From Waterburya sp. (GTDB lineage Bacteria > Cyanobacteriota > Cyanobacteriia > Cyanobacteriales > Xenococcaceae): DNA of 64,000 nucleotides. The DNA lies in contig CBDCJV010000002.1 of assembly GCA_965217895.1 (NCBI GenBank), positions 4,992,001-5,056,000 of the forward strand, given 5' to 3'. The notes beneath the pieces are model-generated. The model saw only the letters and a list, made by a program, of their open reading frames with translations, was not told the origin of the DNA and ran no database searches. The stretch's first letter is position 1. Each line of letters opens with the position of its first letter. Positions 52,944 to 64,000 of the stretch are shown here, in pieces. The position numbers and the translations under genes are program-made.

Positions 52944-53858
52944 ATGATTTTTCCAGTCAACAATTTTATTGGTGAGATAGCTGCTTTAAGTGCTGCTTTA
53001 CTTTGGGCGATCTCTTCCGTTGTTTATATTCATTTAGGGTTAAAGATTCCACCGCTACAGCTTAATCTTTATAAGGGCATAATGGCGATCGCCTTCATCA
53101 CCGTAACTTTACTTATTCAAGGTGCAGCTTTGAGAAATTTATCTCCTCAAACATTATTTTTGCTGTTCCTGAGCGGTGTTGTGGGCATCGGCTTGGGAGA
53201 TACAGCTTATTTTGCAGCCTTAAATAGTTTAGGGGCAAGACGCACTCTTTTGTTAGAAACCTTTTCGCCACCAATGGGTGCATTGCTGGCTTTAATTTTT
53301 ATTGGCGAACAGCTAGCTATGAGTGCCTGGATCGGGATTTTATTAACTATTTTGGGGATAGCCTGGGTCATTAGTGAACGAAACCCTGTAGACAATATCA
53401 GTGTGTCACGGCAAGGCATCATCTGGGGAATTTTAGCTGCGATCGCTCAAGCAGTTGGTGCAGTTATCTCTCGTTTTGCTCTAACACAGTCAGATATAAC
53501 CCCTTTAGCCAGCACCTTGATTCGTTTGCTAGGTGGTACGGCGATTGTTTTGGGTTTGATATTTATACCTCTACCTATTGCTCAAAAAACTGGCACTAGA
53601 ATTAAATGGCAGCTATCTTGGCATAGTCTCAAGATAATTGCGATCGCAGCTATGGGAAGTACCTATCTTGGCATCTGGCTACAGCAAACATCACTTAAAT
53701 TTGCCCCTACAGGAATTGCTCAAACTTTTTTAGCCACCAGTCCTTTATTTGTGATGCCCATAGTTGCCCTACAAGGAGAAAAGATTAGTTGGCGAGCAAT
53801 ACTAGGAGTGATAGTCTCGTTAGGTGGAATTGCTCTCATCTTTATTTGCCAAAGCTAA
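52944..53858 (+). CDS. DMT/EamA family transporter
   Basis: Two EamA repeats and GIGLGDTAYF. Confidence 0.85.
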   Translation: MIFPVNNFIGEIAALSAALLWAISSVVYIHLGLKIPPLQLNLYKGIMAIAFITVTLLIQGAALRNLSPQTLFLLFLSGVVGIGLGDTAYFAALNSLGARRTLLLETFSPPMGALLALIFIGEQLAMSAWIGILLTILGIAWVISERNPVDNISVSRQGIIWGILAAIAQAVGAVISRFALTQSDITPLASTLIRLLGGTAIVLGLIFIPLPIAQKTGTRIKWQLSWHSLKIIAIAAMGSTYLGIWLQQTSLKFAPTGIAQTFLATSPLFVMPIVALQGEKISWRAILGVIVSLGGIALIFICQS

Positions 53859-54074
53859 ATAAGGGACTAAGCCTAGTAGACTTAGACGTAAATAAATTCA
53901 CCATTGGTTTAACTTGAAACCCCAACTGTATCTAACTTTCTACTCTTTACTTCCTACTTCTTACTTAAGCGAAGCGGTACTAGAGCGATCGCCTCAAATG
54001 CTTGCCGAAAACCAATAAGCAAAATATTAAGATTAGCCAGTTGTTTTCCTCAAATTAGCAATGCTATTTAGTAA

Positions 54075-54121
54075 TGCTATAATGCTAAAGCAACATTTTG
54101 TTACATAAATTTTAATGTAAC
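54075..54121 (+). promoter_or_regulatory. Extended -10 element with a downstream palindrome
   Basis: TGcTATAAT at 54075-54083; GTTACAT-N8-ATGTAAC at 54100-54121. Confidence 0.4.
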
Positions 54122-54389
54122 GTTGCCAAAAATGTACTGGTTCACTGTAGCTTTATTGGCAGTAGGGCTGCAAATAATAGTAGTGGAAGACAGTAAATCA
54201 AATCACATAAAAACACTTACAGTATTTTACATTTAGCGTCATTGATGGTAAAAATATTTAGCAATATCAAGCTATTTAATGATCGATAAGGCAATTTAAA
54301 AGAATGCAATTAAAGCGTGGCATTCTGAATTACTTGTCAAAGAGCGCAATTTTTATAGTTAGTAATTGGGCAAACAAGCTCAAATAATA

Positions 54390-55124
54390 ATGAATCCACC
54401 CTCAAATCAACTACGGGCAATAGTGACAGGTGCAAGTAGTGGTATTGGAAAAGCAACTGCCTTAGCCTTTGCTAAATCGGGTATTGAGGTTGCTCTAGTA
54501 AGTCGTTCGGCAAAAAGGCTAAAAGCCGTAGCGGATGAAATAAATGCTCTAGAAACTCAAGCTAAAGCAAGCGTTTATCCTATAGATTTAGCAATTGTAG
54601 ATCGAGTCAAGCTAAAGATTGCTGAAATTTGCGATCATTTTGGCTCTATTGATATTCTGGTCAATAATGCAGGAATGGGATATACCAACTCTTTAAGTAA
54701 GACAACCTTGGAAGATTGGCAAAAAGTGATCGAACTGAACCTAAATAGCCCTTTTCAATGTATACAGGGAGTCTTACCGCAAATGCGCGATCGCCGCAAA
54801 GGTACAATTATTAATGTTGCCTCAATTGCTGCGTTTAATGCCTTTCCTGATTGGGGTGCTTATGGTGTCAGCAAAGCTGCTTTAGTGGCATTGGGCAAAG
54901 CTTTATCAGTAGAAGAAAGAGCCAATGGTATTCGCACAGTAACAATCTCTCCTGGTTCGGTTAATACGCCAATTTGGGATACAGATACCGTCCAGGCAGA
55001 CTTCAACCGCGAAGCAATGTTGACCCCAGAAACTGTTGCCCAATCGATACTCCACACAGCTTTACTACCTGATTGCGCAGTAGTAGAAGAGATGATTGTT
55101 ACGCCCAGTGGAGGGGCATTATAA
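54390..55124 (+). CDS. SDR family oxidoreductase
   Basis: TGASSGIG, NNAG and YGVSK; ATG at 54390; upstream of folE. Confidence 0.9.
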   Translation: MNPPSNQLRAIVTGASSGIGKATALAFAKSGIEVALVSRSAKRLKAVADEINALETQAKASVYPIDLAIVDRVKLKIAEICDHFGSIDILVNNAGMGYTNSLSKTTLEDWQKVIELNLNSPFQCIQGVLPQMRDRRKGTIINVASIAAFNAFPDWGAYGVSKAALVALGKALSVEERANGIRTVTISPGSVNTPIWDTDTVQADFNREAMLTPETVAQSILHTALLPDCAVVEEMIVTPSGGAL

Positions 55125-55228
55125 GTAACGTTTACCACGGCGTATTTTAGATATGAATTTCCATATATAAAAGTCGCCTTACTAAATTTAGTAGCAAGAG
55201 GACAGAGTTTTACTCGCATTAATTAATT

Positions 55229-55957
55229 ATGACAACAGTTTCTTCTAACGGTTCTAGTAGTTCAGAATCTTTTAACAATAATGCTTCTAACCCATTAAAA
55301 TCTAGTCTGCGAGAGCAAATTGCTAGTAGACCCGATCGCAATACCCATAATGGCAAGGCTGCTCAAATAAAAGCAAAATCTGAAGCTGCCAAAGAAAAAA
55401 TGATGGAAGCAGTTTATACAATGTTGGAGTGTGTAGGCGAAGATCCAGAGCGAGAAGGATTGCTCAAAACTCCTAAGCGAGTTGCCGAAGCAATGGAGTA
55501 CTTGACTAGTGGCTATAACCAGTCTTTAGAAACCCTAGTTAATAATGCCATTTTTGACGAAGGACATAATGAAATGGTGTTGGTCAGAGACATCAACTTC
55601 TTTAGTCTCTGTGAGCATCATATGCTGCCCTTTATGGGTAGAGCGCACGTAGCCTATATTCCTAATCAAAAAGTAGTCGGTTTAAGTAAGCTTGCCCGTA
55701 TTGTCGAAATGTATGCTCGTCGTTTACAGGTACAAGAGCGTCTTACTCGCCAAATTGCTGAGGCAATTCAAGAAACATTAGAACCCCAGGGAGTTGCTGT
55801 GGTGATGGAAGCGACTCATATGTGTATGTCCATGCGCGGAGTACAAAAACCTGGATCTTGGACAGTAACTAGCGCGATGCTAGGCGTATTTCAAGACGAA
55901 CAGAAAACTCGTGAAGAATTTCTCAATTTAATTCGTCATCAACCTAGTTTTATGTAA
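55229..55957 (+). CDS. folE: GTP cyclohydrolase I
   Basis: [33 protein letters not shown] and HMCMSMRGV. Confidence 0.97.
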   Translation: MTTVSSNGSSSSESFNNNASNPLKSSLREQIASRPDRNTHNGKAAQIKAKSEAAKEKMMEAVYTMLECVGEDPEREGLLKTPKRVAEAMEYLTSGYNQSLETLVNNAIFDEGHNEMVLVRDINFFSLCEHHMLPFMGRAHVAYIPNQKVVGLSKLARIVEMYARRLQVQERLTRQIAEAIQETLEPQGVAVVMEATHMCMSMRGVQKPGSWTVTSAMLGVFQDEQKTREEFLNLIRHQPSFM

Positions 55958-56027
55958 AAGCATTGTATCAGCAAGTTTTTAGTTCAGATAACCTGATAAT
56001 CTGATCGGTGTTTTGTCAATTTAAATT

Positions 56028-56125
56028 TGCTGTTCCGTCTAGGAACAGCACGGAAACTCCTAAACGGGAAGCCACGCGACGCGGACTTGGGAATGCTGAG
56101 GGAGCAAGGGAAAGCGCGAGTCTTA
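56028..56125. repeat. GC-rich palindromic repeat upstream of pyrB
   Basis: Perfect hairpin TGCTGTTCC-GTCTA-GGAACAGCA; GGGAATGCTGAGGGAGCAAG matches the 8093-8245 element. Confidence 0.55.
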
Positions 56126-56131
56126 ACTAGT

Positions 56132-57127
56132 ATGGTAATTAGCACTTGGACAAGAAGACATATTTTGTCTTTAATTGATTTTACGGCAGCAGAATATGAG
56201 ACTGTATTACAAACCGCAGCTAGCTTCCAGAAAGTACTCTCAGGGAGAACTAAAAAAGTTCCTGCACTCCAGGGTAGGGTTGTGGCAAATATGTTCTTTG
56301 AACCTTCTACCCGCACCCGCAGTAGTTTTGAATTGGCAGCTAAAAGATTATCCGCCGATATTTTAAATTTTTCTCCTGGTAATTCTTCCCTCAGCAAAGG
56401 AGAAACAATCTTAGATACGGCAAAAACATATCTGGCAATGGGTGCGGACATCCTGGTGATTCGCCATCAAGAAGCGGGTGTGCCTCAAGCGATCGCCAGG
56501 GAGATGGATCGCCTAAATTCTGGGGTAACTATACTTAATGCAGGAGATGGTTTACATCAACATCCTTCCCAGGCTTTGCTGGATCTATTTACCCTTACTT
56601 CTATCTTAGATGCCGATAACCCTCGTTTGGAATTATTAGCAGGTAAAAAAATTGCGATCGTCGGCGATATTCTTCATTCTAGAGTAGCTCGTTCTAATAT
56701 TTATAGCCTGACCGCAGCAGGTGCAGAAGTTCACTTAGCAGCACCTCCTACCCTTCTACCTAAAGCCTTTTTAGCAATGGTAGACCCAGAGAGTCAGGGT
56801 AAATTAGTTCTCCATTGGGAATTAAACCCCGCCTTAGAAAAGGCTGATTTTGTGATGACGCTGCGGTTGCAAAAAGAAAGAATGACGGCGAATTTTATTC
56901 CTAGCTTACGAGAATATCATCAACTGTTTGGGATTACACGTGATCGCCTAAAAATATGCAGCCCTAATGTTAAAGTACTTCATCCTGGTCCAACAAATCG
57001 TGGCGTAGAAATAACCTCAGACCTAATGGACGATCCTAGCTTGAGTCTCATTCCTCAACAGGTGACAAGCGGTGTATCAACTCGTATGGCATTATTATAT
57101 TTGATCGGCTTAAAGGGCGAAAGTTAG
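56132..57127 (+). CDS. pyrB: Aspartate carbamoyltransferase catalytic subunit
   Basis: [31 protein letters not shown] and HPGP; real start is probably the ATG at 56132. Confidence 0.96.
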   Translation: MVISTWTRRHILSLIDFTAAEYETVLQTAASFQKVLSGRTKKVPALQGRVVANMFFEPSTRTRSSFELAAKRLSADILNFSPGNSSLSKGETILDTAKTYLAMGADILVIRHQEAGVPQAIAREMDRLNSGVTILNAGDGLHQHPSQALLDLFTLTSILDADNPRLELLAGKKIAIVGDILHSRVARSNIYSLTAAGAEVHLAAPPTLLPKAFLAMVDPESQGKLVLHWELNPALEKADFVMTLRLQKERMTANFIPSLREYHQLFGITRDRLKICSPNVKVLHPGPTNRGVEITSDLMDDPSLSLIPQQVTSGVSTRMALLYLIGLKGES

Positions 57128-57189
57128 CAGCTTAAGCAGGTGGGTAAAATCTTGCTTATTCGATTTTATATTTAATTCTGCTCTCCTAA

Positions 57190-57265
57190 AGAGTTGTTGG
57201 GGTTCATGTAGGCGATCGCAGTCGTAATGAAGCCAGACGACTTTGGCAGTCGATTCCACTTTAGG
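57190..57265 (+). mobile_element. IS1-family transposase relic
   Basis: Translates RVVGVHVGDRSRNEARRLWQSIPL*, the GDRS...A..LW motif of IS1 InsB. Confidence 0.65.
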
Positions 57266-57313
57266 ACTACCAAAAGTTATTATTAAGTCATCGCACGGGT
57301 TCAGGAGGTTTTC

Positions 57314-57892
57314 GTGATGACGGCAATTAATATTTCTGCATTTACTGAAAGAATAAGCGATCGCGAATTAGAGAAGCTTTGTACGGATAATCCAGAAACT
57401 AGGTTTGAAATTACCCAGACAGGAAGATTAATCGTTATGTCGCCAACAGGAAGTGAAAGCGGTAGAAAAAACTCAAAGCTATTAATTAAAGTGGGGATTT
57501 GGAACGAACGAAAAAAATTAGGCGAGGTGTTTGATTCATCTACTGGTTTTAAACTATCTAATGGAGCAACTAGATCTCCTGACGTTAGTTGGATTGAGTT
57601 AAATCGATGGCAAGCTATACCAAAACAACTGCAACGTAAATTTGCCCCTATCGATCCCGATTTTGTAATCGAGCTCATGTCTCCCACTGACGATTTAACT
57701 CAGCTACAGAAAAAAATGGTTGAATATATGGACTGCGGTGTTAAGTTAGGCTGGTTGATTAATCCCGATGATCAGCAGGTGGAGATCTATCGCAACGGTA
57801 AAGATAAAGAGGTACTAGACAACCCCAGCAATATAGACGGTGAAAATATCTTGACTGGTTTGAGCGTCGATTTTACAGATATATTCAACTAG
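57314..57892 (+). CDS. Uma2 family (DUF820) putative endonuclease
   Basis: MSPTG, FDSSTGF.L, RSPDVSW, PDFVIELMSP and LGWLINP. Confidence 0.92.
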   Translation: MMTAINISAFTERISDRELEKLCTDNPETRFEITQTGRLIVMSPTGSESGRKNSKLLIKVGIWNERKKLGEVFDSSTGFKLSNGATRSPDVSWIELNRWQAIPKQLQRKFAPIDPDFVIELMSPTDDLTQLQKKMVEYMDCGVKLGWLINPDDQQVEIYRNGKDKEVLDNPSNIDGENILTGLSVDFTDIFN

Positions 57893-58087
57893 AACTAGTG
57901 GGAAGAAAATCTAATCCTACTTGCTTATATTGTGCCTACTTACTTAATTAAAAACAAATCAATTTACTCAATTTTCCAACTCTAAATTTGGTATTTGACT
58001 AAACTTTCTCATCTCACTTTTTTGTCAGTCAATCAGGCTTTTAAAAGTATTATTCAATTTCTTCATAAATCTAATCACAATAATTTA

Positions 58088-59311
58088 ATGAAAACAGCAA
58101 TTATATGTTCTAGCTTTTTTCCTGTGATAGATGGTGTAACTATTGCCATATTTAATAGGCTCAAGCAGCTTAGTATTTCTGGACATCAAGTAATTGTATT
58201 TTGTCCAGACTATGAACCTATTAAGCATATTTATCTTGACTATCAAGAATATGTTGGTGAGATATTTCCTAATGTCAAAGTCATTAATCTTGCTAGTACA
58301 AAATCTCTCGCCTTGGACTTTGAACGTGATGTCACAATAAAGTCCTATCAAACTGTAATTAAAGAACTAAAAAAGTTTCAGCCAGATATTATTCATATAG
58401 ATGAAGCAGAAAGATTAGGTTTTTGCTTTCTCAAACTACCTGGAGTTAAATACGCCAAGCAAAATAATATTCCTTGCGTAGCCTGGTTTCATACTAACTA
58501 TAGTGATTATTTTGATGATTATTTTAATTTGCCATTAGGAATCAATAAGGTAATCAAAAAGGTATTAGAAGTTCTTTTTAAAAAAATATATAACGCTTAT
58601 GATTTAACTTTAGTATCTAGTTCTGTAACTGCACAAAAACTTACAAAATTAGGTATTAAAAATACATATTGTGCTGATTTACTTGGCTATGATTCAAAAT
58701 ATTTTGCTAATAGTGATTCTGATTTTTTTAGCAAACAATACAACATACATAATATAGAAAATAAAATAAAACTAATATTTATCGGACGTTTAACTCCCGA
58801 CAAAGGCTGGAATTTTACTTTAAAATCTTTGGCTAATTTATCGCCTGATATCCGAAACAAGATTGCCATTATTATTGCTGGAGATGGCGCGCTTAAAGAT
58901 GAAATAGAGGCATCTTTAAAACATCTAACGCCTAATGTTTATTTATTAGGTAGAATCGCACCCGAAACTGTACCTACATTACTAAGTAATGGAGATATAT
59001 TTATCACTAATTCTGAAAAAGAAACCAGAGGTTTAACCGTCATTGAGGCTGCTGCTGCGGGAACACCTGCGATCGCGCCACGAGCAGGAGGAGTTATAGA
59101 TACAATTAAAGATGGGGAAACTGGCTTTCTATATCAACCTCAGAATCAAGCAGATTTCTTGGATAAGTTAGCCTTGTTAATTTCTAATGCTGATTTACGT
59201 CAGTCAATGGGAATAAAAGCAAAAGAAGCTTCTAAACAATGGACTTGGGAGCAAACTATTAATAATCTAATAGAAATTTGGTCAGACGAAATTAAGAAAT
59301 CAGGTAGATAA
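58088..59311 (+). CDS. Glycosyltransferase family 4
   Basis: FFPVIDGV, FIGRL..DKG and ETRGLTVIEA (EX7E); ATG at 58088 preferred. Confidence 0.88.
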   Translation: MKTAIICSSFFPVIDGVTIAIFNRLKQLSISGHQVIVFCPDYEPIKHIYLDYQEYVGEIFPNVKVINLASTKSLALDFERDVTIKSYQTVIKELKKFQPDIIHIDEAERLGFCFLKLPGVKYAKQNNIPCVAWFHTNYSDYFDDYFNLPLGINKVIKKVLEVLFKKIYNAYDLTLVSSSVTAQKLTKLGIKNTYCADLLGYDSKYFANSDSDFFSKQYNIHNIENKIKLIFIGRLTPDKGWNFTLKSLANLSPDIRNKIAIIIAGDGALKDEIEASLKHLTPNVYLLGRIAPETVPTLLSNGDIFITNSEKETRGLTVIEAAAAGTPAIAPRAGGVIDTIKDGETGFLYQPQNQADFLDKLALLISNADLRQSMGIKAKEASKQWTWEQTINNLIEIWSDEIKKSGR

Positions 59312-59342
59312 ATCGAAATATTAGAGAAAACAGTCAACGTTA

Positions 59343-59363
59343 CACCGCCGTAAAACGACGGTG
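59343..59363. terminator. Hairpin between convergent genes
   Basis: CACCGCCG-TAAAA-CGACGGTG stem with one mismatch. Confidence 0.45.
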
Positions 59364-59373
59364 CTATTTATTA

Positions 59374-60051
59374 TTACCAAGGCAAAATCTCCCCATTAGA
59401 ATGCCAAAAAGTTCCTGTATTGTTGAGATCTAATTCTTTAATACGAGTCAGTAAACCTTTGACTGAAGTTTCGGTGGTAATTCCTGAATCGCTAAAATTA
59501 GTCATGCGAGTTTTAACCAACCCTGGATGCAAAATAGCCACCGCAATACCTTTAGGCTTTAAATCATGAGCTAAAGACTTGCCTGCCATTGACAAGGCTA
59601 CTTTAGACATTCGATAGCCATAAGAGCCACCAGAGGTATTGTCTTCAATTGAACCCATACGACTAGTCATCAAAACAACTTTTGAACCATTATCTAAATT
59701 AGGTAACAATGCCTTGGTAAGTCGTAAGGTGGCGATCGCATTTACCTCAAATTGCCGACGAATACTATCAAAATCAAGATCTTCTAAGGTTATTCGCTCT
59801 ACTATTCCCGCGTTATTAATTAAAACATCAATTGCTTTACCATTCAGTTTGGCAACTAAATTATTAACAGCTTGTTCAGAAGTAAGATCGACATCCTTTT
59901 CTATCTGAACTTCTAAAGCCTCTAACTCCTCAGAAGGCGATCTGCATACAGCAATTACTTCATGTCCCTGCTCTTTTAACTGCCGACAATACTCTAAGCC
60001 GATGCCTCTATTTGTTCCCGTAATTAAATATGTTTTTGCCATTTTCTTCAT
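59374..60051 (-). CDS. SDR family oxidoreductase (CsgA/C-factor-like)
   Basis: TGTNRGIG, NNAG, SRMGSI, YRMSK and HPG.VKT.M. Confidence 0.9.
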   Translation of the reverse strand: MKKMAKTYLITGTNRGIGLEYCRQLKEQGHEVIAVCRSPSEELEALEVQIEKDVDLTSEQAVNNLVAKLNGKAIDVLINNAGIVERITLEDLDFDSIRRQFEVNAIATLRLTKALLPNLDNGSKVVLMTSRMGSIEDNTSGGSYGYRMSKVALSMAGKSLAHDLKPKGIAVAILHPGLVKTRMTNFSDSGITTETSVKGLLTRIKELDLNNTGTFWHSNGEILPW

Positions 60052-60430
60052 CTCCCTACTTGTTACTTATCTTGAGGCTTTTTTTGTAGACGCGACTACC
60101 CATTGCTATCTTCCTAAAATTCCTTCAGCTATATTTTACTAGCTAGTTCATCTGTAACTTGCTTTACAGTACAATAAAACTATATTGAATAAAAAATCAA
60201 ACATAAATAAAATTAGTTTTGCACTATTGATTGGCTATCCCTTATAACTGTCATTTGGAAGGAGGCTGAAATTTTTTTGGGGATAAATGGCGATCGCCAA
60301 ATTTACCAGCTTCAAACCAGGGATTGAACCTATAGTTAAAAACGATTACAGAAAGCTTTAAGGCGGTCACGAAAGCTTTTGTGTTAGAATTTTTGAGTGT
60401 TTTTTCATCAAGTAATAAATACGAAGCTAA

Positions 60431-62389
<1,959 letters not shown>

Positions 62390-62413
62390 TGGCTTATTTA
62401 CAATATATCTTTT

Positions 62414-62447
62414 AAAGTGTGAGCTTAATACTCACACTTTTTTATTT
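62414..62447 (+). terminator. Rho-independent terminator of gyrB
   Basis: AAAGTGTGAG-N7-CTCACACTTT stem followed by a T run. Confidence 0.8.
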
Positions 62448-62448
62448 G

Positions 62449-62584
62449 GGCGTTGCTGAATCCAGGTATGATTCATAATTTTTACTCGTTGAGCAAATCA
62501 ATTAAAAAGCTAAGAGCTGATAGCTAAAAGCTAATAGCTACGAACAGATTACTTTTCGGTTTCATACTTCAAATCAGCAACGCC
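62449..62584. mobile_element. 136-bp MITE with a 9-bp target-site duplication
   Basis: TIRs GGCGTTGCTGAATCCAGGTATGA and TCATACTTCAAATCAGCAACGCC; TTTTATTTG at 62440-62448 and 62585-62593; internal 7-mer AGCT repeats. Confidence 0.85.
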
Positions 62585-62977
62585 TTTTATTTGTTATTAC
62601 ATATTTGTCAACGTATAAAACTAATGCTCTTATTCTAAATTAAGTCCATTTTTGAAACTGACAATATTTCCTAAACTAACTTCTGGGAATTCTAAGTTTG
62701 AAAACTGATTGTATATTAAATTATTTAAACAATCTAGATTTGATAATAATTCTCCCTCTTTTAAAATTATACTATTAAGGCTTTTACCGAAAGCATTCAT
62801 AGTATCCTTCGCCTTCCGCGGTTTCGATACCCCAACGCTGCCCATAGTCATCAATGATGGTGTGACAATTTAATATGCCTGGGATTTTATTTATTTGCAA
62901 GTTCCTAAGGGCTTTTCGCGAAAAGTCCCTACGTTAAATGTGCCGTCCTAAACTATACTTCGGCTGCTATAACTGCT

Positions 62978-63493
62978 CTAACTGTTGACAGGCTCAGTAT
63001 ACCCTTGAATAAACTCTGGCTCAAACTGACGCAATAATTTTGTAGCTTGTCGAATCACACTATCCGTCCCCTGGGTGACAATAATATACTGCCCTGCATT
63101 GAGACGATTACGATAGGTCAAAGCATCTCCACTGCCTACCGTTAAGCCAACACCACCGCCAACAAAAACTGCTCCTAATAATCCAGAGGCTGCCCCTAAG
63201 ACACCACCAATAATATGTTCGGTAATTGAGTTAGTAAAAGAAAAAAGTTCAATGCCTGTAAGTACGTTAAACGCATATCCGGCAACAAAACCAAAGGGAA
63301 CAAGCATATAAGCCAGCTTTTTTGCTCTTTTACTAGCCTGTTGATTAGGATCGATCAAGCCAAAGTCATCCGCACTTTGATAACCTTCACCCAATATAGT
63401 AATTTTTTCGGTTGGTATTCCATCTTGGCGTAATACCGAGTATGCTTCTTGTACCTGTTGTTTGTCGGCTAAAACTGTAACTAGATAATTCAT
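62978..63493 (-). CDS. Conserved hypothetical membrane protein
   Basis: GEGYQSADDFGLIDP, Gly-rich TM pair and YRNRLNAGQY; overlaps the upstream glycosyltransferase stop. Confidence 0.75.
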   Translation of the reverse strand: MNYLVTVLADKQQVQEAYSVLRQDGIPTEKITILGEGYQSADDFGLIDPNQQASKRAKKLAYMLVPFGFVAGYAFNVLTGIELFSFTNSITEHIIGGVLGAASGLLGAVFVGGGVGLTVGSGDALTYRNRLNAGQYIIVTQGTDSVIRQATKLLRQFEPEFIQGYTEPVNS

Positions 63494-64000
63494 ATTTTCG
63501 ATCCTAAAAGTTCTGGTTGTATCTGATTAAGTTGGGCTAAATATTGCTGTTCTAGCTGTCTTGCTACGCCATCCCAGCTAAACATAGTCTCGACTCTTTT
63601 TCTGGCATCTTTTTCTAGCTGTCTACTCCAGGCAGGATAAGATAGTACATGATTAATTGCTTCTGCAAAAGCAAGCTCATCCTGGGGTGGTACAAGTAGA
63701 CCAGTCAACTCATTGACGACCGTGAATTTTAGCCCGCCCACATCCGAGGCAACAACTGGCGTGCTACAGGCCATCGCTTCTATCGCCACCAAACCAAATG
63801 GTTCGTAATGGCTGGGGACAACACAAACATCTGCTGCTGCATAATAATAAGTCAAGTCTGCGTGTTCGGTACGTCCTGCAAAGGTAGTTATTGCTTCTAA
63901 TTCTAATTCTCGAACGATATTTTCAATTCGTTCTTTTTCTTTGCCATCTTTTCTGCCAGGAGTACTGCCACCAACAATAATTAATTTTAAATTGGGATGT
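63490..64000 (-). CDS. Glycosyltransferase family 4 (partial, 5' end outside window)
   Basis: YAAADVCVVPSHYEPFGLVAIEAMAC; the frame stays open to the window end. Confidence 0.88.
   Translation of the reverse strand, partial: HPNLKLIIVGGSTPGRKDGKEKERIENIVRELELEAITTFAGRTEHADLTYYYAAADVCVVPSHYEPFGLVAIEAMACSTPVVASDVGGLKFTVVNELTGLLVPPQDELAFAEAINHVLSYPAWSRQLEKDARKRVETMFSWDGVARQLEQQYLAQLNQIQPELLGSKI

Noticed and set aside
56028..56131. PyrR-binding attenuator, or an N-terminal extension of PyrB from TTG 56027
   Set aside because: No good AGTCCAGAGAGGCT-type PyrR loop; the sequence matches the dispersed repeat at 8.1 kb; PyrB homology starts near ATG 56132
60153..60168. Perfect NtcA-like box TGTA-N8-TACA between the SDR gene and gyrB
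   Set aside because: No -10 at the canonical 22-nt spacing on either strand, and one or two chance matches are expected in 64 kb of AT-rich DNA

Overview
Chromosomal window of a beta-cyanobacterium: it has many HIP1 octamers (GCGATCGC), a split dnaE and a form IB rbcLXS. The AT-rich sequence and repeat style suggest Pleurocapsales, which is an inference. Most of the window is housekeeping: a ~13 kb carbon-fixation supercluster (rbcS-rbcX-rbcL, ccmN-M-L-K1-K2, divergent ndhF4-ndhD4-cupB), dnaE-N with its N-intein, miaA, hisG, ttcA, recG, purL-purF, mnmA, folE, pyrB and gyrB. It also carries a homologue of the Synechocystis slr0144-slr0152 (Pap) cluster: V4R, phycobiliprotein-fold, ferredoxin, TPR and kinase genes. 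The best candidate for an undescribed system is a two-gene operon behind a canonical NtcA promoter, encoding an aliphatic amidase and a MetX-like alpha/beta hydrolase. The hydrolase is interrupted by a single in-frame amber codon. Other notable items are a FosA-like gene 25 bp head-to-head with hisG, a decayed yefM-yoeB module, a MITE 3 bp upstream of the rbcX start codon, a MITE with a 9-bp target duplication in the gyrB terminator, a 128-bp identical tract shared by ccmK1 and ccmK2, and small IS1, IS4 and hsdS relics. No rRNA, tRNA or CRISPR array was seen. All family assignments come from motif recognition by eye, not database searches.
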